From Corallococcus sp. EGB (lineage in GTDB: Bacteria > Myxococcota > Myxococcia > Myxococcales > Myxococcaceae), in the NCBI RefSeq assembly GCF_019968905.1, contig NZ_CP079946.1, positions 5,601,356 to 5,665,355 on the forward strand: a stretch of 64,000 bases of DNA, in the 5' to 3' direction. The notes below the pieces were generated by a model. That model had not been told where the DNA came from. It searched no databases and saw only the letters and a program-made list of their open reading frames with translations. Shown piece after piece: positions 9,592 to 19,729 of the stretch. Made by a program: the position numbers and the translations under genes. How positions within the stretch are numbered: position 1 is the stretch's first letter; every line of letters begins with the position of its first letter.

Positions 9592-10752
9592 TCAACGCAG
9601 GCCTTGCACCAGCGTCTGAAGCTGCCGTCGCGCGGTCGACGCCGGAACGCGTCGGAATAGCGCATCGCGGACAAATCGCGCAGGGCCACTTTCCCACTGG
9701 GCCACCCGTCCCACCTGACGTGAACGCACCACCAACATGTTGGCGCGCTTCACCCGCCGGGCCTCGTAGGCCCGCAGTGCGTCCTCAACGCCCACCTGCG
9801 CCGCGAGACACTCCCCCAACACGACACCATCCTCGATGGCCTGACATCCCCCCTGCCCCAGGTTCGGCGTCATCGGGTGCGCGGCGTCGCCCAGCAGCGT
9901 CACACGCCCCCGGCTCCAATGCCGCACTGGCGGCCGGTCGTGGATGTCCGTGCGCAGGACGCGCTCGGGCGATGTCGCCGCGAGCAGCCGCGCGATAGGC
10001 GCATGCCATCCCGCGAAGCGCTCCTGGAGGACGGCGAGCTTCTGTCCCGGCGCATCCTCCGCGCCCGCGGGCGCATTCAACGTGGCGTACCAGTACACCT
10101 CGCCATGGCCGATGGGCACGGTGCCGAAGCGGGCACCGGGGCCCCACGTCTCGGTGAAGTGGCCCGCTTGCACCAGCTCCGCGCCCGCGCAGACACCGCG
10201 CCAGCTGGTGTAGCCGGAGTAACGCGTGGGCCGTGCCCCCAACAGGCCGGTCCGCACCGCGGAGCGCAGCCCATCCGCGCCCACCAGGACATCGCCGGTG
10301 GCCGTGCCGCCATCCGACAGCGTCACCGTGACGCGCTCGCCGTCATCGTGGAAGCCCGTCACGGCGACCCCCAGCCGCACGGCCTCCTCCGGGCCCGCGT
10401 GGGCGCGAAGGACGGCCTGGAGGCGGGCGCGGTGGATGGCCACCATCGGAGCCTGCAACTCCTCCTGGAGCGCACGCACGTCCACGCCGGTGATGACGGC
10501 CCCGGTTGGATCAAGGATGACGGTCCGCTCGGCGCGCTCGCCCTCCGCGACCACCGCGTCACACAGGCCGATGCGGCGCAGGGCGACCGAGGCGTTCATC
10601 TGCACGATGAGGCCCGCGCCCACGGGCCGCAGGGCGTCGGCACGCTCGAACACGGTGGCGCGCAAGCCCGCGCGCTGGAGTGCGCAGGCCAGCGTCAGGC
10701 CTCCAATGCCGGCACCGGCGATGAGGACGTGACGAGGAGCTGAAGACGGCAT
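9592..10752 (-). CDS. FAD-dependent monooxygenase (UbiH/salicylate-hydroxylase family)
   Basis: GAGIGGLTLA dinucleotide-binding motif at the N-terminus, a DG (GADGxxS) motif, a C-terminal GDAAH motif; start MPSSAPRHVLIAGAG with aggagg SD. Confidence 0.8.
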   Translation of the reverse strand: MPSSAPRHVLIAGAGIGGLTLACALQRAGLRATVFERADALRPVGAGLIVQMNASVALRRIGLCDAVVAEGERAERTVILDPTGAVITGVDVRALQEELQAPMVAIHRARLQAVLRAHAGPEEAVRLGVAVTGFHDDGERVTVTLSDGGTATGDVLVGADGLRSAVRTGLLGARPTRYSGYTSWRGVCAGAELVQAGHFTETWGPGARFGTVPIGHGEVYWYATLNAPAGAEDAPGQKLAVLQERFAGWHAPIARLLAATSPERVLRTDIHDRPPVRHWSRGRVTLLGDAAHPMTPNLGQGGCQAIEDGVVLGECLAAQVGVEDALRAYEARRVKRANMLVVRSRQVGRVAQWESGPARFVRDALFRRVPASTARRQLQTLVQGLR

Positions 10753-10782
10753 GGCGGCCTCCTGACACGCCGGCACCACGGG

Positions 10783-11631
10783 TCAACCGAACCAGCGGCC
10801 GGCGTCGGGAGCAAAGACTCGCACGCGCTCCAACAGCGACGCGGGCAGGCGGGCCTGGAGCGTCGCGTGGACCTGCGCGGGGCTGTAAGCCTGACTGAAG
10901 TGCATCAGGACCAGCGCCTCGTTCTGGAAGCGGTCCGCCATGGAGGCGATCTCCTCCAGGTGGATGTGGGCCCGCTCCTGCGCGTCACGCACGGTGCGCT
11001 CCGCGTCGATGAACGTGCACTCGAGGATGAGCACCCGGCTGTCGAACAGCGACGGCTGGCGCTCCAGCACGTTGGAGAGCGTGTCCGTGCAGTAGGCCAG
11101 CTCCAGGCGTTCGACTTCATCGAACAGCGGCTCACCGGCCTGACGGCGGCGGCCGATCTCCGCGGGCGGCAGCTCGCGGAACTCCGCCTTGAGCTTCGCG
11201 ACACGGCGGAGGAACTGGTAGCCCAGCGACGGCACCGGATGGTGCGTGCGGAAGGCGCGGACCCACAGGTCCTGCTGCACCTTCACGGTGTCACCCGGGC
11301 GCAGCGGGACGGTGCGGACCTCCGACTTCATCCGGTGCAGACGCCCCAACGCCGCGAGCGCCTCCTGCACCGGCGCTTCGATCTCCGCCGGCAGGTAGAC
11401 GAACGGCGGCCCCTTCCCCACGAGCGCGCGGATGCCCAGCAGCGAACCCAACGCGCTCGCATGGTCCGCGTGGCCATGGCTGAGGAAGATGCGCTCCGTG
11501 GTGGCGAACGAACGGATGGGGATGCCCGCGTCGAGCAGCACCCCCAGCTCCGGAACCAGGAGCGACGTGTACACGCCGCCCACGGACACGCCGCGCACGG
11601 TATAGGGGCCCGCCTGCACCTCGGTCAGCAT
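10783..11631 (-). CDS. MBL-fold metallo-hydrolase (RNase Z / beta-lactamase superfamily)
   Basis: SHGHADH (HxHxDH) metal-binding motif; 282 aa. Confidence 0.75.
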   Translation of the reverse strand: MLTEVQAGPYTVRGVSVGGVYTSLLVPELGVLLDAGIPIRSFATTERIFLSHGHADHASALGSLLGIRALVGKGPPFVYLPAEIEAPVQEALAALGRLHRMKSEVRTVPLRPGDTVKVQQDLWVRAFRTHHPVPSLGYQFLRRVAKLKAEFRELPPAEIGRRRQAGEPLFDEVERLELAYCTDTLSNVLERQPSLFDSRVLILECTFIDAERTVRDAQERAHIHLEEIASMADRFQNEALVLMHFSQAYSPAQVHATLQARLPASLLERVRVFAPDAGRWFG

Positions 11632-11650
11632 GCGCGCAAGCCTACGCCGA

Positions 11651-12718
11651 TCAATTCTTCGCGCGCTCGTACTGGTGCGGCCACTGCACGTCCGAACGCA
11701 GCTCCTTCGCGGCGCGCAGCGGCCAGTACGGATCCCTCAGCAGCTCGCGCGCCAGGAAGACGGCGTCCGCCTGCCCCGTGGCCAGGATGTGCTCGGCCTG
11801 GTACGCGGAGCGGATCATCCCCACCGCGCCCGTCAGCATGCCCGTCTCCTTGCGCACCCGCTCCGCCAGCTGCGTCTGGTAGCCCGGCCCCACCGGAATC
11901 TTCGCGGAGGGCACCACGCCGCCGGACGAGCAATCCATCAGGTCCACGCCCTCCTTCTGCACCCGCCGCGCCAGCGCCACGGAGTCCTCCGGCGTCCAGC
12001 CCCCCTCCACCCAGTCCGTGGCGGAGATGCGCATGAAGAGCGGCAGCGACTCCGGCCACTTCGCGCGCACGGCCCGCGTCACCTCCAGCGCGAAGCGCGT
12101 CCGGTTCTCGAACGTGCCGCCGTACCTGTCCGTCCGCTTGTTCGACAGCGGCGAGAGGAACTCGTGCAGCAGGTAGCCGTGCGCCGCGTGCAGCTCGATG
12201 ACCTGGAAGCCCGCCGCCTTCGCCCGCACGGCCGCGTCCGCGAACGCCTTCACGATGCGCTGGATGCCCGCCTCGTCCAGCGCCGTGGGGACCGTGTAGC
12301 CCTCCTCGAACGCCTCCGTCGTGGGCCCCAGCGTCTGCCAGCCGCCGTGCTCCGGCTCCACGCGCTTGCCCGCGTCCCAGGGCCGGGGCGTGGACGCCTT
12401 GCGGCCCGCGTGCGCCAGCTGGACGCCGGACGCGGCGCCGTTCTGGTGCATGAACCGGTTGATGCGCGCGAGCTGCTCCACGTGCGCGTCCTTCCACAGC
12501 CCCAGGTCCTGCGGCGAGATGCGGCCCTCCGGCTCCACCGCCGTGGCCTCCGTCAACACCAGCCCCGCGCCTCCCACCGCGCGACTGCCCAGGTGCACCA
12601 CGTGCCACTCGTTCGCGAAGCCGTCGTCGCTCGAGTACTGGCACATGGGCGAGACCACCACGCGGTTGCGCAGGGTGATGTCCCGCAGCTTCAGGGGGGT
12701 GAACAGCCTGCTGCTCAT
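11651..12718 (-). CDS. namA: NADH:flavin oxidoreductase / NADPH dehydrogenase (Old Yellow Enzyme family)
   Basis: PMCQY...HLGSRAVGGAG...HAAHGYLLHEFLSP: classic OYE/YqjM motifs; 355 aa. Confidence 0.85.
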   Translation of the reverse strand: MSSRLFTPLKLRDITLRNRVVVSPMCQYSSDDGFANEWHVVHLGSRAVGGAGLVLTEATAVEPEGRISPQDLGLWKDAHVEQLARINRFMHQNGAASGVQLAHAGRKASTPRPWDAGKRVEPEHGGWQTLGPTTEAFEEGYTVPTALDEAGIQRIVKAFADAAVRAKAAGFQVIELHAAHGYLLHEFLSPLSNKRTDRYGGTFENRTRFALEVTRAVRAKWPESLPLFMRISATDWVEGGWTPEDSVALARRVQKEGVDLMDCSSGGVVPSAKIPVGPGYQTQLAERVRKETGMLTGAVGMIRSAYQAEHILATGQADAVFLARELLRDPYWPLRAAKELRSDVQWPHQYERAKN

Positions 12719-13341
12719 GTCGGGTCCTTTCGGGGAAGCGACGGGGTCTGCTCCGGCAGCCCCAGCGCCGCGCGCACCTGGGCCGTGCTCCTGCCCAACC
12801 AGTGCCGGCGGTGGTTCTCCTGCGTCGTGAGGCTGCGCGTCTCCATGCGGTCCACGTAGAGCGTGCCGTCCAGGTGATCCAGCTCGTGCTGGATGATGCG
12901 CGCGTACCAGCCGCGCGCGGACACCGTCACCGGCTGCCCGTTCTCATCCAGCGCCTCCACGCGCACGCCGCGCGCACGAGCCACCAGCGCCGCGAAGCCG
13001 CTCACGCTCAGGCAGCCCTCGTGGAACTCCATGGGCGTGGGGTCCTCCACCACCAGCCTGGGATTGATGAGGACGTGGAAGGCCACCGGCGCCCGCTCCC
13101 GCAGCGCCAGGTCCGCGGGCGACACGCCGGCCTGGTACTCGGGCCGGTCTTCAATCACCACCAGCCGCAGGCCCACGCCCACCTGGGGTGCCGCGAGCCC
13201 CACGCCGGGAGCGTCCCGCATCGTGTCGCGCATCAGCTGGATGAGCCGCCGCGTGTCCTCACTGCCGATTTCTTCCGGGGTCAGCTCCCGCGCGCGCTCG
13301 CGCAGCACCGGCTCCCCCGCCTGGACGATCTTGAGCACCAT
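12715..13341 (-). CDS. def: peptide deformylase
   Basis: Internal start MVLKIV...; motifs GVGLAAPQVG, EGCLS, HELDHLDG. Its stop overlaps the namA start (ATGA). The 5' part of ORF 12715..13803 is non-coding-like. Confidence 0.85.
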   Translation of the reverse strand: MVLKIVQAGEPVLRERARELTPEEIGSEDTRRLIQLMRDTMRDAPGVGLAAPQVGVGLRLVVIEDRPEYQAGVSPADLALRERAPVAFHVLINPRLVVEDPTPMEFHEGCLSVSGFAALVARARGVRVEALDENGQPVTVSARGWYARIIQHELDHLDGTLYVDRMETRSLTTQENHRRHWLGRSTAQVRAALGLPEQTPSLPRKDPT

Positions 13342-13479
13342 GGTGGCCCCACCGTAACAACCGCTCTCCCGCCGCGCCGCATCGCCGTGGGGCCGGCATG
13401 GGCCCGGCCGCCCGGTCCCCCACGGAGAGGGCAGCCCCTGGCGTGGAGGGGTGCCACTGACGGTAGGCTGTGTCGCACC

Positions 13480-13974
13480 ATGGCTCGCCGCAAGAAGGCC
13501 GACGAAACCTCCGCGCGCGTGCGCAACCTGCTCGCCCTCGACGCCGCCGGCATCATGCGCAGGCTGGCCGCACGCCGGGAGGAGATGTTCCTCCTCTTCT
13601 CCCGGCTGCGCAGCCGCGGCCCGCTGGTGGAGACGGTGGCCTCGCGCTACGCGGACGGCGCCTTCGCCCAGCTCATCCACCTCACCGAACAGGAGCAGGC
13701 GGTGGTGGACCACTTCTACGCGCGCCTGGATGAGCTGCGCTGGTACTTCACCTACACCGAGGACATGCCCGGCACGGCGCACCAGACCTTCGGCGCGCTG
13801 CACCGCCGGCTGGAGGAGAGCTACCGCCTGTTCGTGGAGACGCTGGGCCTCCCCGTCCAGCCCGACGGCACGCGCGTGGTGAACGCGGAGGCCGTGCGCA
13901 GGGAGGACACGTCGCCCGAGGCCACGCCCGTGGCGCTCGCCCCGGTGCCCCGCCGTCGCTCGCCGCCCGCCTGA
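13480..13974 (+). CDS. hypothetical protein (164 aa)
   Basis: Sense-like 3' part of ORF 12802..13974 from MARRKKADETSARVRNLLALD...; divergent from def. Confidence 0.45.
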   Translation: MARRKKADETSARVRNLLALDAAGIMRRLAARREEMFLLFSRLRSRGPLVETVASRYADGAFAQLIHLTEQEQAVVDHFYARLDELRWYFTYTEDMPGTAHQTFGALHRRLEESYRLFVETLGLPVQPDGTRVVNAEAVRREDTSPEATPVALAPVPRRRSPPA

Positions 13975-13977
13975 CGC

Positions 13978-15129
13978 TCAGGCCGCGGAGGCCTCCGCCC
14001 GGGCATCCGCGGCGGACATCGCGGGAGCCGCGGCCTTCACCAGCCGCTTCATGGACGCCTTGCCCACGACGACGTCCACCATCTTGCGCGCGCGCGTCCA
14101 GACGCTCTCCTGCACGTAGGGGATGCCGTACCTCTCGCAGAGCGCCTTCACGTGCGGCTGCGCCTCGCGGTACTTCAGCATCGGCAGGTCCGGCCAGAGG
14201 TGATGCTCGATCTGGTAGTTCAGCCACAGGTGGGCGAAGTCGTTGACGTCACCGCCCGTGGCGTAGTTCGCGCTGCCCACCACCTGCTGCACCATGCGCT
14301 CCGCCTTGTTCGCGGGCGCCGAGTCGAAGCGGTACAGGTCCTCGCCGGTGTGGTTGGGCCCCACCACGAAGAACGTGTGGAGGTTGGTGACGACGTCCGC
14401 CAGCACGGAGTTGCAGAACACGCTGAACGCGGCCCACGGCCCCAGCACCAGGAACGCCGCCGGGTACAGCCCGAAGAAGACGGCCGCGTATGGCAGGTAG
14501 CAGCGCGTGATCAGCTCCCAGACCTCCGCGCGCGTCAGCGCCCCGCCCTCGCGCCGCCCCTTGCGCCGCAGCGAGCCCAGCGTCTCCGGCGCGTAGTAGC
14601 TCGCGCGCCACGTGAGGGCCAGGAGCCCCAGCTGCACGTAGCGCAGGGCCAGCGGCCGGCCTGTGTCGCGCAGCGTCCCCTCCGCGTTGCGCTCCAGCAG
14701 ATCCGGATCCGCCTCCTCGCCGGTGTGCGAGTGGTGCAGCACGTTGTGCTCGAAGACCCACGCCTCCGGCAGCATCCAGTCCAGCCAGTCCACGAACCGG
14801 CGGCCCCCCTTCGCGAAGCCCTTGCTCGTGCGCGACGCGGGCATGCCCGGCACGCGGTCATAGCCGCGGTGCCCCACGTGGTGCATGAGCAGCCAGCGGG
14901 TGGAGCGGCCCAGGCCCAGCGCCACCGCGGAGAGCGGGTTGGGGGCGATCCACGCCGTGGCCACGCCCAGCACCGACGCCACCTTGCCCCAGCGTTCCAT
15001 CTTCCGCAGGTGCGCCGCGTCCGCCTCGCCCAGGTTCGCGTCCAACTGCGCGCGCAGCGCCTTCAGCTCCCGGTAGAAGCCCTCCACGTCCACGGAGGAC
15101 ACATCGAAGTCGGGGGCGGCGCGCGACAT
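13978..15129 (-). CDS. membrane fatty-acid desaturase family protein
   Basis: His boxes HHVGHRGY, HNVLHHSH and QIEHHLWPD; several TM helices; start MSRAAPDFD with gaggag SD. Confidence 0.75.
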   Translation of the reverse strand: MSRAAPDFDVSSVDVEGFYRELKALRAQLDANLGEADAAHLRKMERWGKVASVLGVATAWIAPNPLSAVALGLGRSTRWLLMHHVGHRGYDRVPGMPASRTSKGFAKGGRRFVDWLDWMLPEAWVFEHNVLHHSHTGEEADPDLLERNAEGTLRDTGRPLALRYVQLGLLALTWRASYYAPETLGSLRRKGRREGGALTRAEVWELITRCYLPYAAVFFGLYPAAFLVLGPWAAFSVFCNSVLADVVTNLHTFFVVGPNHTGEDLYRFDSAPANKAERMVQQVVGSANYATGGDVNDFAHLWLNYQIEHHLWPDLPMLKYREAQPHVKALCERYGIPYVQESVWTRARKMVDVVVGKASMKRLVKAAAPAMSAADARAEASAA

Positions 15130-15224
15130 GCTGGAGGACTCCTCGGGTGCGGGACGGGAACCACGGCCGGATGCGGGGCGCACGGTAGCCTCCACCCGTC
15201 CCCGCGCAAAGCGTCCCGTCCCGC

Positions 15225-15701
15225 TCACCCGCCCGCAGGGCGGCGGGGCAGCACCAGCTTCGCGACGAGCACCTGCACCACCTCCCCCTTCTGGTTGCGC
15301 GTCTCGCTGCGCACGGTGGCGATGCCCCGGTCCGGCCGCGTGCGCGAGGGGGTGACCTCCAACACCTCGCTCTCCACATGGAGGACGTCCCCCGGGCGCG
15401 TGGGCCGGGGCCAGCGGATGTCTCCGCCCGCGCCCACGATGCCGCCCTTGAAGGGCAGTCCGCTCTGGACGTTGAGCTTCATGGTGAGGGCCGCCGTGTG
15501 CCAGCCGCTCGCCGCCAGGCCCTCGAACAGCGTGTCCTTCGCCGTGGCGTCGTCCAGGTGGAAGCCCTGCGGGTCGAACTCCCGCGCGAAGGCGATGATC
15601 TGCGCCGCGTCCAGCGTGTGCGTGCCGCTGATGAACTTCTGCCCCACCGACAGGTCGTCCAGGAAAAGCTCCCGGCGCCTACCCTCTTCCGTCGAAGCCA
15701 T
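15225..15701 (-). CDS. MaoC-like (R)-specific enoyl-CoA hydratase / hot-dog dehydratase
   Basis: Internal start MASTEEGRRRELFLDDLSVGQKF...; hot-dog fold signature; 158 aa. Confidence 0.7.
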   Translation of the reverse strand: MASTEEGRRRELFLDDLSVGQKFISGTHTLDAAQIIAFAREFDPQGFHLDDATAKDTLFEGLAASGWHTAALTMKLNVQSGLPFKGGIVGAGGDIRWPRPTRPGDVLHVESEVLEVTPSRTRPDRGIATVRSETRNQKGEVVQVLVAKLVLPRRPAGG

Positions 15702-15833
15702 GGTCACGGCCCTCCCAGATGGATGCATCTTCAGATGATGATCATAATAAATCTGGCCTGGGAGGGCCCGCCTCATCGCCGGAGCGGGCGGGGCGCGGCG
15801 CAGGCCGAACGTTGAAGACTGCGCGCCCGCGCC

Positions 15834-17285
15834 GTGCGGCACACGTTGAACCGCCAGGGCCCTCGGGCCATGCGGTATGAGCAGGGCGTGATCCTCCACC
15901 GCGTCCGCCATCACCTGTCCATCCTCGCCATGGCCCTGACCGGCCTGGGTGCCTCCCGGGCTCACGCCGACGAGGACACGCCCGATGCCTCGCTCCGCCA
16001 TCCGGTCGTGGCGGAGGTGACGGTGGAGGGCGCGAACAAGACGACGTCTGGGACGGTGCGCTCGTTCGGGCGGGTGGGCGTGGGCGACGAGGTGGACAGC
16101 GAGGAAATGGAGAAGGTGGAGCGGCGGCTGCTGGCCACGGGCCTCTTCCAGGAGGCCCACGTCAGCACGGAGCCCCTGCCCGACGGGCGCGTGCGGCTGG
16201 TGCTGCGCGTGAAGGACAAGGCGTCGTGGGTCGTGGCCCCCACGGTGGCGCTGTCCTCCGCGAACACGGGCGGCGGACTGCTCTACGCGGAGAACAACCT
16301 GGCCGGCCGGGCAAAGAAGCTCGCGGTCGCGGCGCAGGCGAGCACCGGCGAGAGCGGCCTGTACGTGGGCTATCTGGACCCCATCCTCTTCGGCCTGCCA
16401 CAGCTCAAGTTCAGCCTGGAGGGACAGCTCAAGAGCGACCGCGTGGACGAGTACCTCCCGGGCGCCAGCCAGGACAACCCGGAGATCCTCCGGCGCACCC
16501 GCCTCAACTCCGCGTCCATCAGCTCCGAGCTGGGCTTCATCCTCTTCGAGCGCGTGCGCGCGGCGGCGAAGTACCGGCTCGCCAGCATCGACGCCCAGGC
16601 CCCGGACCCGAAGAAGCCGGTGACGACACAGGCGTTCTCCACCGGCCCCGCCCTGCGCGACGCCTCGCTGCGCTTCATGGTGGGACTGGACTCACGCCAG
16701 ACGCTGCACGCGGTGACCGAAGGACTCAACCTGGAGGGCTCCTACGAGGTCTCCGTCCCGGGCGTGTGGAGCGAGTTCCGCTACCGCAAGTTCGGCCTCC
16801 TCTACCGCCACGGCATCCGCTTCTTCAGCGAGCACAACCTGGTGCTGCGCGGCGAGCTGGCCGTGGGCAAGGACCTGCCCTTCCACCAGGAGCTGGTGAT
16901 GGGCGGCAACACGCTGCGCGGCTTCCAGTACCGGCAGTTCCGCGGCGACACCCGCCTCACCTTCACCGCCGAGTACCACTTCCCCCTCTTCAAGGTGAAG
17001 TCGCTGGCCTTCCGGGGCGTGGGCTTCTCCGACTCAGGCGCCATCGCGTGGCGGGACCTGCCCTCCGACGGGCTCTTGCGCGACGGAGCGGGGCGCGTCA
17101 TCCGGGGCTATCTGCCAGAGACGACGGCGAGCCCGAACTCCGTCACCGTGGCCCAGGGCGTGGGTGCGGGCCTGCGGCTGTACCTCAACAACGTCGTGCT
17201 GCCCCTGTTGGGCGTGGACGTCGCCTACGGCGTCAACTCCGGCCAGGTGCGCTTCTACCTCGTCGCCGGAGTCACGCCGTCCTGA
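15834..17285 (+). CDS. Omp85/BamA-like outer-membrane beta-barrel (surface antigen D15 family), single POTRA
   Basis: Signal-like LSILAMALTGLGASRAHA; POTRA-like VAEVTVEGANKTTSGTVRSF; C-terminal barrel with GGNTLRGF and a terminal aromatic-rich strand. The start may be the in-frame M at 15870. Confidence 0.65.
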   Translation: MRHTLNRQGPRAMRYEQGVILHRVRHHLSILAMALTGLGASRAHADEDTPDASLRHPVVAEVTVEGANKTTSGTVRSFGRVGVGDEVDSEEMEKVERRLLATGLFQEAHVSTEPLPDGRVRLVLRVKDKASWVVAPTVALSSANTGGGLLYAENNLAGRAKKLAVAAQASTGESGLYVGYLDPILFGLPQLKFSLEGQLKSDRVDEYLPGASQDNPEILRRTRLNSASISSELGFILFERVRAAAKYRLASIDAQAPDPKKPVTTQAFSTGPALRDASLRFMVGLDSRQTLHAVTEGLNLEGSYEVSVPGVWSEFRYRKFGLLYRHGIRFFSEHNLVLRGELAVGKDLPFHQELVMGGNTLRGFQYRQFRGDTRLTFTAEYHFPLFKVKSLAFRGVGFSDSGAIAWRDLPSDGLLRDGAGRVIRGYLPETTASPNSVTVAQGVGAGLRLYLNNVVLPLLGVDVAYGVNSGQVRFYLVAGVTPS

Positions 17286-17303
17286 AGCAGCCCGCTCCCT
17301 GGC

Positions 17304-18218
17304 TCAGGTGCTCACGCCAGGCCACGCCTCCGGCGCCAGCGTCAGGCGGAACGGCGGCGCGTCACCGCGCACCGTCCGCCACAGCGCCTTGTCCGCGCAC
17401 AGCGCCTGCGCGATGCGGCCGGACGTCGCGCGGATGCGCTCCACCACGGCCTGGTGCTCCTCCGGCGTCTGCGCCTCCAGCATCGCGACGACGTTCTCCC
17501 AGACGCGCTGCCGCCAGACGATGAGCATCTCCATCACCGCCCGCTCCACCACGGGACGGCTGAAGGGCATGCGCAGCAGCAGCCGCGTGGACACGCACCG
17601 GTAGCGCTCCGCGAGCAGGTCCACGCACTCCGGGATGCACGCGCGAAGGATGGTGTTCACGTGGAAGTAGTCGTGCCGGTAGCGAGCCAGGCGGCGAGCG
17701 TCCACCGGCGGCGACTGGTGCGCGATGCTGTCGTGGACCACCATTCCCAGGTCGTGGTTGATGTGGGCGCTCACGCCCAGCAGCGCGTCCTGATAGGGCT
17801 GTGTGATGCCCTGCGCGGGGTAATGCGTCGCGAACCGCCACGCCGCGCTGGGCAGCGGCCGGTGCATCAGCGAGTCCCGCACCGCGACGAGCGCCTCCTC
17901 CGCGAAGCGGCCTGTCAGGTGGGACAGCCACTCGGGTTCGAGGAAGCCGCCCGCGTCCGGCCGGTTCAGCAGGTGGACGACCCGCCGTGTGACGATCGCG
18001 TAGATGTCCAGGAAGATGGCGCGCGAGTCGCTCCGCGCGTTCAGCCGGCTGACAATCTTCTCCAGCCCCTCCAGCGCCTCCTCCGCGTCGACAGGATGCC
18101 AGAGCACGTCATCCAGCCGGATGGCGTCCCGCGCGTCGGGGGCCGTTGAATCATGGAGGTAGCGGGACTTGGGGGACTGCTTCCGGGTGGCCTGGGAGAA
18201 GGCCGGTGAGACGTTCAT
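17304..18218 (-). CDS. conserved hypothetical protein
   Basis: Start MNVSPAFSQ chosen within ORF 17304..18320; globular helical composition; lies 57 bp downstream of the cytochrome c gene. Confidence 0.45.
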   Translation of the reverse strand: MNVSPAFSQATRKQSPKSRYLHDSTAPDARDAIRLDDVLWHPVDAEEALEGLEKIVSRLNARSDSRAIFLDIYAIVTRRVVHLLNRPDAGGFLEPEWLSHLTGRFAEEALVAVRDSLMHRPLPSAAWRFATHYPAQGITQPYQDALLGVSAHINHDLGMVVHDSIAHQSPPVDARRLARYRHDYFHVNTILRACIPECVDLLAERYRCVSTRLLLRMPFSRPVVERAVMEMLIVWRQRVWENVVAMLEAQTPEEHQAVVERIRATSGRIAQALCADKALWRTVRGDAPPFRLTLAPEAWPGVST

Positions 18219-18376
18219 GGCGAGCGCTCCGCGGGAGGGGGGAACGACTTCACCTGAAAGCCTATCGAAACCGGCCCTCCCCTCAAAGACGGCCCACCGC
18301 GATTTGACGTCTTGTTTCACCAGCCCCCCGCGCGTTGGCTCTCACGCGGGGGGGCTGTGTCACACGAACGTCAATT

Positions 18377-19633
18377 TCAGGGCGCGGTGCCTTCGCTCAC
18401 GCCACTGCCCGTCTTGCCCAGCACGTACTTCGCGAGCGACAGGGCGTTGTTCTCATCGATGAGCGACTCGTAGGTGGGCATCTGCGTGCCGGGCTTGAAG
18501 GACTCCGGGTTGCGGATCCACTTGGCCACTTCCTCCGGGGCCTTGCCCTTGGCGCCCTGGAGCTTGGCCTCGTAGGCCTTGCCGGCGGCGTGGCAGGTCG
18601 CGCAACCCAGCGCGCTGAACATCTTCTCGGGGTCGCTGTTGGAGGGCTCGACCTTGGGGCGGCCACCGGTGGGCGGCGGCACCACCTTGTCGTTGGCCTT
18701 CACGGAGCGCAGGAAGGTGTAGAGGGCCGAGAGCTCCACGTCGTCCGCGTAGCGGTACTTGGGCATGGGCGGGCGGAGGATGAAGCCGCCGGGCGTGATG
18801 CCGGTGACCATCGCGTGCTTGAACTCGTCCAGCGTCCACTTGCCAATGCCGGCTGTCTCGCTGGGGGTGATGTTGGGCGACAGCAGCTTGCCCTCGCCGC
18901 CCAGCGGCACCAGGTCGAACTCGAAGCCGCCGCTCAGCAGCGTCTCCGGGTGCTGCATCTTCACCGCGCTGCTCTCCAGGCCCGGCGAGTGGCAGAAGGT
19001 GCAGTCGTAGACGGCGGAGGCGATGTAGCGGCCGTACTCCACGGAGTCCGCCGCCTTCGCGGGCACGGGCACCGGCTCCGTGCGGCCCTTGTCGTTGATG
19101 CCCATGGCGAACGCGAACGCCATGCGGCCCGGAGGCGTCAGCTCGGAGCGCGGCGGCTGCTGCTTCTCCGGCGCGAAGTCCGGGTGCCCGGAGCGCATGA
19201 AGCCGATGACCGCCGCGATGTCCTTGTCACCCATGTTGGGGAACGGGGGCATGGGGCGGAAGTGGTTGTTCTTGTCGATGCCGTTGATCACCATGCGGGC
19301 GATCTCCTGGTCCGTCCAGGCGCCCACGCCCATCTCCATGTCGGAGGTGATGTTGGCCGAGTAGAACGTGCCCAGCTCGGCCGGGAAGTCGTGCATCCGG
19401 CCGCCCACGGGCTTGGTGTTGCCGCCGCCCGCGTGGCACTCGCCGCACACCGCGCGGAACACCTGCTCACCGCGGGCAATGCCCTCCGGCGAGCTGTCCC
19501 GCGTGATGTTGGGCAGCGCGACGTAGTCATACGTCTTGTTGATCTTGTGGGTGGCGACACCCATGGCGGTACCCGCGCCAATCAAGGCCAGCGCGACCAG
19601 GACGCCTACGGCGATCAGGATCTTTTTCATCAT
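18377..19633 (-). CDS. membrane-anchored c-type cytochrome with three CxxCH heme sites
   Basis: N-terminal TM anchor MMKKILIAVGVLVALALIGAG; heme motifs CGECH, CTFCH and CATCH spaced about 140 aa apart (three class-I-like domains). Confidence 0.8.
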   Translation of the reverse strand: MMKKILIAVGVLVALALIGAGTAMGVATHKINKTYDYVALPNITRDSSPEGIARGEQVFRAVCGECHAGGGNTKPVGGRMHDFPAELGTFYSANITSDMEMGVGAWTDQEIARMVINGIDKNNHFRPMPPFPNMGDKDIAAVIGFMRSGHPDFAPEKQQPPRSELTPPGRMAFAFAMGINDKGRTEPVPVPAKAADSVEYGRYIASAVYDCTFCHSPGLESSAVKMQHPETLLSGGFEFDLVPLGGEGKLLSPNITPSETAGIGKWTLDEFKHAMVTGITPGGFILRPPMPKYRYADDVELSALYTFLRSVKANDKVVPPPTGGRPKVEPSNSDPEKMFSALGCATCHAAGKAYEAKLQGAKGKAPEEVAKWIRNPESFKPGTQMPTYESLIDENNALSLAKYVLGKTGSGVSEGTAP

Positions 19634-19729
19634 GGGGAACGGTGCTCCGAACGAACGGGGACACGGGACTCCGCCATCCCTCGGGACGGGATGGACGGAG
19701 CGGAGGCGCTGCGACTGTGACTGCGGCTG

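Noticed and set aside
14152-15738. + ORF of 528 aa overlapping the desaturase and MaoC genes
   Set aside because: Antisense shadow (Q/H/R/V/L-rich, no motifs). The minus-strand genes have clear His boxes and hot-dog motifs.
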